Source of the DNA: Styela clava
Taxonomy: Eukaryota
Direction of reading: 5' to 3'
DNA length: 64,000 nucleotides
NCBI RefSeq assembly: GCF_964204865.1
Contig: NC_135261.1
Span: 7,812,001-7,876,000 of the forward strand
The position numbers and the translations under genes are program-made. This document shows positions 13,022-24,322 of the stretch, in pieces. A model generated the notes under the pieces. It searched no databases. It saw only the letters and a list, made by a program, of their open reading frames with translations, and was not told the origin of the DNA. Numbering within the stretch: position 1 is the first letter of the stretch; each line of letters begins with the position of its first letter.

Positions 13022-15998
13022 TTAATTTTTCTTTTTGTCAACCACAGAGTAAACATCGCCTCCTGTTACCGCACTGGTGGTTTTATCGGAGTTGTTCTTC
13101 TTGTTTTTCTTATCGACAACTGTGTATAAATCCCCCTCGCCAGGTTGTGCGTCTGTATTTCCATCGTACAATATATTTTCTGTTATATTCGTTTCACTTA
13201 CATCTTTTTTTGGTCCTTTCTTGTCTACAATGGTATAAAGTTCAATGTCGCCGACTCTTTCGGGTTCAGAATTTGCTTCGTATAAAACATTTTCCTTGAT
13301 TTGACTTTTTGTTTTTGTTTTCTTGACAACAGTGTACAGCTCGCCGGTTTCTTCTGCTTCTACGTGCATCACAGATTCTTTGCTATCCTTGTCAATATCT
13401 GCACGCCTTCTAGAACGTTTAGTGATATAAATGAACTTAAAACACAAGTTTTACTATTCACGTACCATTACCAACACTCGAAAAGCAAAATAAAAAATAA
13501 TGTTACTCGTAATATATGACGGGGATTATTAAAATTAATTAGAAGTAGGAATTATGAGCAAAAATTCAATTTAACCCAAAATCAGGAGCACAATTAACAC
13601 TAATTTTATTTCATAAACGGTAAAGATTTATATTAGATCTGGAACAATAACTATAGTTAAATTTAACTGGTTTAACTATCATGCATTATAAAAACACAAA
13701 TTGAATTATTAAAGTTTATATTTCCTACCTCTTCTGACATAAAATTTTGAAGTACTTTTATCAATCTTCAAAAGCACAAAAGTTAAGATATTTTCGCAAT
13801 ATTACTCCAATCAATTGTATTCACTTATTATAATTTTACGTCGTTTACAAACATTCCGCCCTTCTTGTAGATAGGTAAAGCCAAATATTTTCATGTTTCA
13901 CCCGCATGTAATGATTGGAATATTATAATACTAATAAATACTTACTTCCTGCATAATAAAACAACAAGCAAGATGATCAACAGAAGGCAAACAAGACCGG
14001 TTATTCCTCCAATTATTGCTATTTCCTTTGTTCCTAACACTTTTCTGTCGTTGATGGTCGTTGTATCTAACATAAAATTTGTCTCAGTTGCCATTTGTGT
14101 AGTAGATTTTGAGGTTGTTTCTAATAAGCACAAAAAATAGTGCTGAAAACCAGAAAACTCGCGGTTCCAGGTTCCAAACCTAGCCCAGCTTTTACCGAAG
14201 GCACAATCGCTCAAAAACAACGTGGACGTAAATTGAATCATTAAAAGCAATCGAATTATTCTCAAGGGTGACCGTACATTTGAACCCATGTACATTTGAA
14301 CCCATGCGTATATCCACGGGTTCAATCTATATGCGGGTGCTAAAACCCATGGGTTAGGGTTAGTATGGGTTTAACTATCCGTGAAACAAAAAACATTCCA
14401 TAGGTGCAATAGCATACAGGTGCAATTGTCATGGGTTCAAATGTACGTGGGTTCAAATGTAATGGAACCATCCTTAAGTTGTGGTAATATATTAGACTGG
14501 TATAGTTATTCTTATTTAAGGCGGGAGTGACCATCGTTGAAATAATGTTGGATGTTGTTAATGAATTTTTCTCCTACGACACCATATAAAAACATAAAGA
14601 AATATGCATATACAACAATTTTTACGCTTTTACTCTTTTCTTATTTGTATTTCTATTACTAACCTTTATTAGTAGTGATGATTGTTGTAGTTGGAAGGGA
14701 TGTTGTTTGAGCATCTAAAAGGTTTGAATAGTACTGTATACTTCGGAATTTTTTTATGGTGAGTCTTCATATTTGAATCGAAGCACCAGCATAACAAATA
14801 ATTCTAATATTACCCATATATTGAAAACGCACTAAGAAGACTGAGCCATGCAGTATTATTTCCAGGTTTATTAATCTGAGTTTAGATAACCAGTCAAATG
14901 ACCAAATGGACATGGATAGTGAAGGGAGTAATATTGGTAATGTGGAAAGCACGATTACGTCCATAAAATTTATACTTTAGACGCACTTGTAAATCAATGG
15001 CACCATGAAGGTCGATTTACTTTGATTTAATTCAAGCATACAATAATATTGGGTCCATTGTAAATTAACTCACCGGTAATGCAAGATATTGAAACGTTGG
15101 CAACGTTGACATGATGGGACGAATCAATGGAGCAGTTTGGACAAAATCTGCCGCCAAGATAATTACACATCCGAGTTTGATTTTCTCGTGATACAGTAGC
15201 GTTTAGCAAATCTGAAACACAGCAATGGGAATTTGAATTCAAGGTTATCCAATAAATTGACTTCAGACAGAAAACGTTATGTCACATTCTATTCGTTGTA
15301 TTGTAGAATATTATACTTCATAGTCCACGTAACTCACACAGCACACAATGCCCAAACTAGATGCAAAAATGAAAACTATCAAAATAGTATCAAATTTAAA
15401 CGGCCTGATATCTTATAAAAACATGCAATCCTTGAAAATTTTCGAAAAACACAGAGACAAAACATTATATTGTATAAAGTCAATTTCAAATTAAGTTCAA
15501 AATTCCGGCCAAATCTACTACAAATCCCAACTACCATGAACACGCAATATTACGCCACGGTATAACAACTAATGAATTAACTACTTCCCAGCAAAATCCT
15601 AACTTAATATTAAGTGAATTTACGAGTTCCGATTCAAATCACCTGTCATATCAATGTTCGCTTTGCACAAAAGATCAGTTGCATTAGTTAGATTGTAAAC
15701 AGCGGCTTGCAATTTCATGTTCTCGACAACCGAAAAACTGCAGTTGAAAAGAACTTCTAAAGGAGGCGACATTGTAGCTACATTACTGTCTGAGTCATCC
15801 TTTACATCAGGTTCTTTAGGCTGTTTTTTACTCCCACATGCAGTTGAATCTTAATAACAAGTCGGAATAACAGACATTTCAGAAAAATTGTACAACTGTT
15901 CAAAACTTTAAATAGTGTCAATCGATAAATAAAAAAATCTTACTTTGAATAAGAACTTGAAAGAAGATCAGCATCAAAAATATTCGGGAATTCATCAT
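13022..15998 (-). CDS. Orphan type I membrane receptor with tyrosine-motif repeat tail (exons 15944-15998, 15643-15849, 15074-15211, 14664-14714, 13946-14120, 13022-13409)
   Basis: Signal peptide MMNSRIFLMLIFFQVLIQ; Cys- and N-glycan-rich ectodomain; Thr-rich stalk; TM IAIIGGITGLVCLLLIILLVVLLC followed by RKRR; tail with 6 Tyr motifs. All splice phases are compatible. Extra small exons are possible. Confidence 0.82.
14267..14469. mobile_element. Foldback MITE (Mutator-like) in an intron
   Basis: TIRs built of TACATTTGAACCC repeats, a central GGGTTAGGGTTAG, and an imperfect 9-bp TSD attctcaag/atccttaag. Confidence 0.65.
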
Positions 15999-16352
15999 TA
16001 TGCTTAAAATGGCACTTATAAGTGCAACTAAAACATAAATTAAAAAGTTGATCAACATTGAAAAGCTGAATACACACATTCAAATACTATTTTAGCTAGC
16101 TTTTCGTGTAACGATGTGCAATTTCAATTTTTGTTTTCTCTTCACCTCTATTAGATTTCACAAATAAATAAGGATGAACTTTTAATAAAGATTCTAAATT
16201 AGTCATTTTATCTGACTTTCCTTGTAAAGATGTGCAATCTGAAGTGAATTTTAGTTCCGGTTAGTTCTTTATAAGATTTTAAAATGGATAACGATACACA
16301 TCTATTTATAAAGAATTCTAATGATTCGCCGCCACTCCAAGACTCAAATTTG

Positions 16353-16588
16353 GGTGCTCCCGAAGTATGCGAACCAAGATGGCGGACATCGGAACGTAAC
16401 ATTGGTAACAGGTTAGGGTAAGGCGATAATTTTTTTCCAATTTTTCTTATTTCAGCGCTATTAGCAGTTCGAACACTAGCCAAGAGCCTCCCGTAGTATT
16501 TATACCTAAAATTATGGCCTAACCCTAACCTAGTACACATATTACATTCCGATGTCCGCCATCTTGGTTCGCATACTTCGGGAGCCCC
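16353..16588. mobile_element. ~236-bp palindromic MITE with 8-bp TSD (Merlin-like); family A
   Basis: Long TIRs GGTGCTCCCGAAGTATGCGAACCAAGATGGCGGACA... and a perfect TSD caaatttg. Other copies at about 1-20, 1268-1480, 20822-20997, 27318-27527, 30345-30579, 52131-52245 and 60667-60902. Confidence 0.8.
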
Positions 16589-19066
16589 CAAATTTGAGCA
16601 AACCGATTTTTACACGCTTGTTTATTTTTATGTATAGTTCTATAACTTATACCACAACAAACAAAGCTTGAGCAAGGATTGGACCAGAAGCATAGAACAA
16701 TGACAGGTATAGCAAGTTCGCTCAAATTAAAACTAAATCCAAACCATTATGTTCTCAAGTTTTTCTTTGTCAAATAAGTCAAAGTTGTTTATTTAAAACT
16801 ATTTTAATGTCTTTATCAAAACTCTATTATCAAATTATCAAATGTTGTATTCCCTATTTACAAATACTGTCAAATGTAATGTCGACCAGGCGCATGCATG
16901 TTTAGAATTTTTGACCATCTGTGTGAATATCGATAAAACTAAAATATAGATAAACTTTGTGATAATACAAATAGCGGCAACATTTTCATAAGTGGGCTTG
17001 TCATGTGTTTAATCCAATATCTTCCCTCCAATATAACTAACTATTTTTGTTTTGCATAGTACGCACTATGTTGTGCTAGCATAAAATCCCATTAATTCTC
17101 TTTGTAGTGTTATGATAATAGTATCAAATTCATGTTTCGATCACGGAATAAACTTATCTGACACTTCACAGACTGTGTTATGGCTTGGGTTGACAATGGC
17201 AAAATGGGAGAATCGAAATTAAACAAACTAACAAGATTTTCTAACTCGCAACCTTTCCTTGCTAAATTTTCACTTTGGCGGTTGTTAGCTTATTACAGCG
17301 AGTTTACTTGATTGAAATTGTATTGAAAGTAAATCTGAGACACTTTGCTGCTGTAGTCAGTTCACTAATATTCGTTTGCCAACAACATATTCTTCAGAAT
17401 AAGCACGCTGTTTATTGTAACATTAGATAGTATAATTTCCGTCGAGATCCTAATTTGCACTGGCCTTCCGCAATGCTTTATACTGAACTGCTCTATTTTC
17501 GCAAGCATTTCTCAATTTATTGAAGACGTTTAATGAGTCAGTTGCTTCGACCTGCAGGTACACCGAATGCGTATGTTCATACGTGGTGAGTGATACTGCC
17601 TGTGATACACTACAATGAGTAATTGAAATACAGTCAATTTTAGGTCATATCGGTTATTTTTCCAAGAAGCACAGGGACTCAATTTCCCCATAAATGTGTG
17701 TAGGAGACGCCGAAATAATCAAAAACCTTTCTAGTGCCTGGATAAATATTTTCTTTAAAAACTAAGTAGCAGTACAGTTACCAACGTTTTTCAAAGTGTT
17801 TGTCAAAATAACATAATCAAGTAAGATATTATATATTCTAATAATGTCTTACATTCTGCCTGTATATTGTCCTGTTCAGAGCGATACAATTAAGCGTTAA
17901 TTAAAGTTTCAACTTTTTCGTGAATTATTGTGAAAAAACGAATATTAACATTATGCTATTTTATATCGATGTTCTTCTAATATAGTCTATAGTCTATAGT
18001 TAATAATAAAATCTCTATATTAAACCGCCAATCATCGCAGAGAATAATAATCGGAAGTTTACACTGCACGTAAACCGCAAATGCCATACCGTCCCTGGCA
18101 TGATCAAGTCTGCACGCAATATTTATATCTTTTGAGTTATTGTAAACAAAAATTGGTATTAAAACTGTTTGATGAAAATTTTTTTTAAAACAGCCTTGTT
18201 TTTTTAATAAATTGATTTACTGCTCTATTATTTTTGAAAATTTTGTGTAAATTAAATCCAGTGCACGTTGATCATTATACTGATGACGATTATGATTAAT
18301 GCTCTCATAATATTATCTTCTTCAGCAGTGTTTCATTTTTGTGCTCGCGTAATTTTTTTAAACGTTCAGTAAACAATGGTTACCTTTATTCACTCGAAAT
18401 CAATTTGTTAACCTAACGTTGCCATCATTCAAGTAATATAAGCTACATGAATTTGAATCAGAACTATATTGACTAAGACAATACGACACGCTATTATCTG
18501 CAGGTATATAACTAGCTGATACCGAGAATTCTGCCTTGGACAACAGTGAAACATCTACCAAACTGCGATTATACAGTAACTGTAAACGTCGTGCAAAATT
18601 ACCATAAGTTCGTTGTATGATTTGTTTATCGGACTTCATCGACTTCCTCTTTTACTTCCGCAGTATTGGCTAATAGCATCAACAGTGAATTCAAATTCTA
18701 GCAACCGATCAAACACATTTTTCACTCGCACAGAATTCCATGCATATCTCGGCTGATTACTTCCTCGTTTTCGTGTTTCTGCTAACTATAACTTACAGTT
18801 GCGATCTACCAAAATCGGCGTTGAAAAAACATTCACTTTTTTGATGTGTAATTTGTCTTTAAGCATTTTGCAATCTCATCATTTGAAAAACATTTCGGAC
18901 AAAATAACTAAAAACATGTTATTATAGCAAAATGTATGTGCATGTATGAATGTAAAATTTCCTACTTTTTAAATTAGGTCCTGAATTAAGCAATGACTAC
19001 TATTTGCGATTCTGAAACTAAAGTTTGATTCCTACTCGATGGCTTAAATTCAATCCAAAATTGATT

Positions 19067-19436
19067 GAATTTGTCCCTCTCAATATCCAGTGTTATGCTC
19101 ATATTTTGTTTTAGTTTAGTTAGAGATTATTTGAATACATTCTCTAATACTCAAATGAGTTTGGGGATTTCTCAACCAAATTTGAATTCTGAGTCTTCTT
19201 TACATCAATTCGACATTCTCAAAGGTGTGTTATATCTTTTCAATGTGATTGGAATTTGTCCCTCTCAATATCCAGTGTTATGCTCATATTTTGTTTTAGT
19301 TTAGTTAGAGATTATTTGAATACATTCTCTAATACTCAAATGAGTTTGGGGATTTCTCAACCAAATTTGAATTCTGAGTCTTCTTTACATCAATTCGACA
19401 TTCTCAAAGGTGTGTTATATCTTTTCAATGTGATTG
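19067..19436. repeat. Perfect tandem duplication, 2 x 185 bp
   Basis: 19067-19251 matches 19252-19436, with TGATT(G) microhomology at the junctions. Confidence 0.95.
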
Positions 19437-22069
19437 TCGTGAAAAATAACAATATTTGATCTTCGTCCTGGTGATGTGTCGAATTCTACGTTTGAAGTCT
19501 TCTGATACGAAATTGTCGTTCTTTTATATCTAAAGGCAAACAAAAAAATCCGATTCGTATCTTCGATACTTCTTCTAATTACTTATCGAACTCGATCGGT
19601 ATATATATATATGTTGATAGGTATTTGTCTGTTTGTTTCACTTCCGTATGTTACGCAATATCTCACGAAAGCGAGGTTAAATCATCTCCAAGTTTTGCAT
19701 GTGCATTCATCATATCTCGGACCAGAAGTCTTGATTGATTTTGGATGAATAACGTCCTGTATTTAATGAGTTATTAATTGATTAGTGATGGGACACGCGG
19801 TGTCGCTATTGAGTCAGAGCAAAAAAAAAAATCGAAACCGCAAGATCGATAAGTCGGCGGTCTCCAATCGCTATCTAGTTTCTATTTTTATGTGTATTTT
19901 ATATGCTCAGTGGCATGACGCGTCGTTCCAAGACTTAGGAATACGCTTCTCATCGCACCTCTGATGATACAAGCGTTCGAATTCCACGGAGGAGATAATA
20001 AACAGAGGATAGCTGAACTCCTATGGTCGGTTACGACTGTCACCACCATCAAACCAATGTATCTGAAATAAATAACCGGACGAGAGGCCGTGGTCCGCTA
20101 TATTATTGAGTCGTCCTCTAGGCTTTCCTCTCCCTCGGGATAGATATAAAAATCTTGTCTAATGTGAGATAGAAGATACAAAAATTGTGAGCAACATATA
20201 TATTAGAAAGTACAAAGTTGCCCGCGTGCTATTTTATTTCTTTCCATATCTAAGGTTCTAAATTCCATGATAATTAATGAAAATTACGAAAAAAGCAATT
20301 AGAGCATGAACCTCTAAAAGAGAGCTACTTCTAATCAAATCCTCAAATCCGGCATATAAGCATCTAGTTTCCTAATATACAGGAGAGAGTCATTAACCGG
20401 AAATGAATTTTATCGCGCTCAAATATTGAAATAAGATAAACACATTGTTTTCTCACCTACGTATCAGAAATATTAATAATATCATTCCTTCCAATCCAGC
20501 AACTACGGACAACACTATCATTGAAGTTAAATATAAGGTAGAATGATTATTGACTCCATGCAGCGTCCCCTCGGGTCCTGATCCAGTATTTTTGTTTGCC
20601 GCTTGAAATTTTGCCATTGCTCTCTCTGAAAAAAAAAAACAGCTGCCTTTTATTTTGAAATATACATAATAAAATCATATGTATAATAAACATGATGCCA
20701 TCCGCGGGTCGGGTGGTGCGACAGAAGCGTGCAAGATTGGTAGTTAATAAACAAAGCTTATGTCAAATGAGTTGGATCACCATTGAAGTTATGAAAAGCA
20801 TGAAAAATGAACAAGGTCGTCGGTACTCCCGTAGTATGTGTATCAGGTTAGGGTTAGGCCATAATTTTATTTCGATTACGAGTTCGGGGACTGTCTGTGT
20901 TAGCCAAGTGAATATATGGGTTCCAGTCCTTCCACACAACTTGATGTGAAGGGGAACACAATTAGTTATCTCTATATTGGTACACACACTTCTGGAAGGA
21001 CTGATCATCATATATAAGAAAAGCAATGCTCAAATATATGGACACGAGAGCCAAAAAAAAAGTAGTAAGAGTATGCCTAACCATCAGGTATCAACTTACG
21101 CAGAAGTGGAACCGCCACAAAGTGCGCAATTTTCAGTTGAGATGCTACAATATATTAGGTTTGAAATACATAATATCAATCTTATTCACCAATTTTATTA
21201 TAGTCTTCCACACATGGAACATATTCATACTCCAGTTTAAAATACCGTCCACCCATCCAATCAGCCAGTCCGTTTGGTGTAAACACAATTTCTAATGAAC
21301 TATCTTTATTTTCTTGGAATAATACAACTCTCTGTTTGCAGTTTATTGGTGTTTTGATTTGTTCAACATTTTGACAATGCAAGCCATTTTGCAGAACTAT
21401 CACACAAGTGCCCTCCGTAAAAATAGCCATATTTTCGCCTGTAAGAATATCATATGTGCCATTATCGAAGATGAACAAAAAATAAATAAAAAAAAACATT
21501 GTATCAGCAGTTATAGTAAAAATATATTAAGCTGATTCTGGATTTGATTTTAGTTTGATCCATAGAATTTTCAATTACTTATTATACCTGCAGAACCCAA
21601 TTTTAAATTCACTCGCGATAATTTACAAATATGCAACAGTGCGGAATTGATATGTTTTTAGTTTCAGGAAATTGAGCAAGGATGTATATGTACGGAAGAA
21701 AGTAGTCTGAATATTAATATTCCCAATAGGGCATCAAAAATAGCACACAGCTTCCAAATCATTCATAACCGAAATTCAGGTATTTCTACTTTCCAATCCC
21801 GCAAAGTGAATATTTCACTATATACCTACCCCCCACTACCAAGTTTCCGGTAAGGAACTTCCTGTTGAGTTTGTTAGCAGTTAATAATTCATTTTCTTTG
21901 ATACGAATAATCAGAGACGAATTCACTTCAGCTCCATGTGGTATGGCCCAATGCGAACAATCGTTTTCTGTGAACATATCTGGATATCTGGGAGATTTTA
22001 TTGTTCCATTTTGTGATCTTCTCGTTGTCACGGTAGGAACACATTCTGAACTCACATTTGTTGTATATG
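19415..22069 (-). CDS. CUB-like domain type I membrane protein with a short tail (exons ~21830-22069, 21190-21438, 20457-20625, 19415-19529; candidate first exon 22189-22286)
   Basis: CUB start C...NGTIKSPRYPD...C.HWAI and CUB end SSLEIVFT...FKLEY. TM LTSMIVLSVVAGLEGMILLIFLI followed by RRYKR. The end of the first CUB exon and the 5' exon are uncertain. Confidence 0.7.
19582..19878 (+). mobile_element. Non-autonomous Helitron/Helentron-like element
   Basis: 5' TA/TGTY microsatellite, an 'atatctc...aagttttgcatg' body typical of HINEs, and a GC-rich subterminal stretch followed by terminal CTAG-T. Confidence 0.5.
19905..20150 (+). mobile_element. SINE-like repeat (deleted copy)
   Basis: Shares CGCACCTCTGAT, TGGTCGGTTACG, AACCGGACGAGAGGCCGTGGT and a CCTCTCCCTCGGGATA tail with copies at 23120 and 56140. 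A-box-like GCTCAGTGG and B-box-like GTTCGAATTCC. Confidence 0.6.
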
Positions 22070-23119
22070 CTGTTTAAATGGAATTAAAAGCGTGTATGAA
22101 GATAAAATGTACATAACAATAAATTGATGATTACTTATTCTAAAATTAAATAAAAAAAATTACGAAGAAAAATAGTACAACTTTTTACTTTGAATACATT
22201 GGCGATCAAAAATTGCTGAATGCAGAAGAAAAATTTTTTTTCAAAATTTTGACTATTTTCGAAATTTCGATTTTTATATTTTTCATATATTTATTTTCCA
22301 GTTACAACAAAATATCATATAACATTCAATATGCGACGTGGCAACTGTGTACAATATTGTTCTAATCCTATAAATGAGACTACTCACCAAACATCCACAA
22401 TAATATTACCACAGTTTTCATAATAATATTCATCAATGTCAACACCTGATTTTGCAATCCTATTCAAACAGACTCAAGTACTGGTATGGCGGCAGTTTAG
22501 GAAGGTGGCATTTCTTTTCACCCGTAGACATCATATTTTTGCGTTTCATGTTTGATCATGCAAACACTGATATTATCAGCGGATCTATCAATTTAGTTGT
22601 GTTTTTATGCGTTGACTGACCCCATGCGTACAATATTCCCGGACTTTAAAAAAAAAGTAATGCTAATGACATTTAGCCGTAATTAGAATTTTTATTTGAC
22701 TCCTTTTTGTAAAACTGCGATTTACTGGCCTGGTTATCACGTTGCAACAAACTAAAATCCTACGGTTTTTTTACTCAAAATATTTTCTACCTTTAGGTGG
22801 CAATATATATATCTGTGCAAATATAAAGATGTGATAACGTTGAAAAGTTGGTAACTTTGTAATTTTGTTTATGTAGTTTCAATTTTTACTGGACACCATA
22901 GGGCAACCTATTCAAATTACTTACGGAAATTTTGCGGGTTAACAGGGGTCAGAGGATTTCCTAATTTTAAATAATTTCCGCTTGTAACGCGATAAAATTG
23001 GAAATAGGTCATGACGTGCGGTGAGTTTATTCCTATACGTAGGCAGGGCTCAAAACCGACGAACAGTAATTAGTATTAAATGACACATACATGTTTGTTT
23101 AAAAACATACAAAGTCATT

Positions 23120-23400
23120 TGGCTCATCGGTCGCGCTAAACGCTCACCACCGCACCTCTGATTACCCTGTGTGGGTATCCTGTCAGGGATAATTATGTGC
23201 GAGAGGATTACTGGATTCCTCTTCGCCGTAGAGGGTTCACGTAACCGCTGGTCGGTTACGGCTCCCTCCACCATAAAGTACAATGCATCTGAAACAACTG
23301 GCTAACTAATCCTATACCCGACATGGACTGGTAACCGGACGAGAGGCCGTGGTTCGCCATATGATTAAGCCATCTTGTCGGCTGCCCTCCTCCGAGATAA
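23120..23400 (+). mobile_element. SINE-like repeat
   Basis: Homologous to 19905-20150 and to the reverse complement of 56140-56410. Confidence 0.65.
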
Positions 23401-23494
23401 TTCAAACTCATCTCAACTCGTAAACGTACACGTCCGAATGCTTGTTACATCGTAATTTATATCTTAAAGGCTTCCTACTAATCAGTACAACTGC

Positions 23495-24322
23495 TCTCAG
23501 GTACGAGGGCCGCATGTAGCCCGCGAACACATTTCGTGCGGACGCATTTTTAGCAAAACATTTTTTAGCTATTCTAACTGGGGTTGAGATCCCGAGAAAC
23601 CCTTTTCCTAATCCCAACGTCGGAAGTGATGATCACGAAATATCAATGTTGTATCTCTAAGAGTCTAGACGATGCTGACATGGGAATAAAGTACAAGGAG
23701 AATGGAATGTCTTGTGCAGGACCCAGCCGATGAGATGAGTCGCGCTTTTTGTCTCAACTTTGCACCTTAAGCTTGCATCAAGCAACTTCTTATCTGGAGA
23801 AACGTTTTGTGCCTTTATTTTAGTAAAACACTCCTCCATTTTCAAACTTGGGCCATGTGACAGCAATAACGAAACGCAGAGCTGACTTAGCGCAGCGCGA
23901 TCGAGGATTTTTTAGCTGGGTCTCGAAATTCCAACTTAGGCGGACTTGGTTGTTCTTTGACGACGGCGCTAGGCCCACTCGCGCTGCAAGTTAATATAAT
24001 AGTCAAATATAACAATTCACCATAAAATGAGTTTCAAAGACAGAGGAAGACTGGTTGGAAGCGTATTTCATTGCGCACAACAGCGGTAAACCCCAACTGT
24101 GTCAACTGTGCTTTCAAGTAATAGCTGTCACTGAAGAATATAATTTTAATTAATCAACATTACAAAACCAAACACGAGAAAAGATACAAAAAATACCACG
24201 GTGCTTCTCGGGAAGCAATTTAAAAATAACTTAAGGCTTTTTATATTTCACTTAAAATGAATAATTTAAAAAGAAGTTAAAAGTTTTTGCGGCCCTTCAA
24301 CCTCGCAACCTTGGACCACCCT
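23495..24322 (+). mobile_element. hAT (Buster/SPIN-type) deletion derivative with transposase N-terminal remnant
   Basis: About 24040-24195 translates to EEDWLEAYFIAHNSGKPQLCQLCFQVIAVTEEYNF*..HYKTKH, resembling the SPIN/GTF2IRD2 zinc finger. GGCCCG subterminal motifs and a TTGGACCACCC right end. Confidence 0.6.

Noticed and set aside
14500-14573. Additional Ser/Thr-rich stalk exon (KNSLTTSNIISTM) in the tyrosine receptor
   Set aside because: The acceptor phase does not fit the upstream phase-1 donor, so it was left out of the model pending cDNA.
16208-16725. 127-aa and 66-aa ORFs
   Set aside because: They run through a palindromic MITE and have no protein features.
17200-18700. Short open stretches, including the 79-aa ORF at 18400-18639
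   Set aside because: No recognisable motifs and no consistent exon chain.
19065-19459. Two near-identical plus-strand ORFs
   Set aside because: Artefact of the 185-bp tandem duplication, antisense to a 3' UTR.
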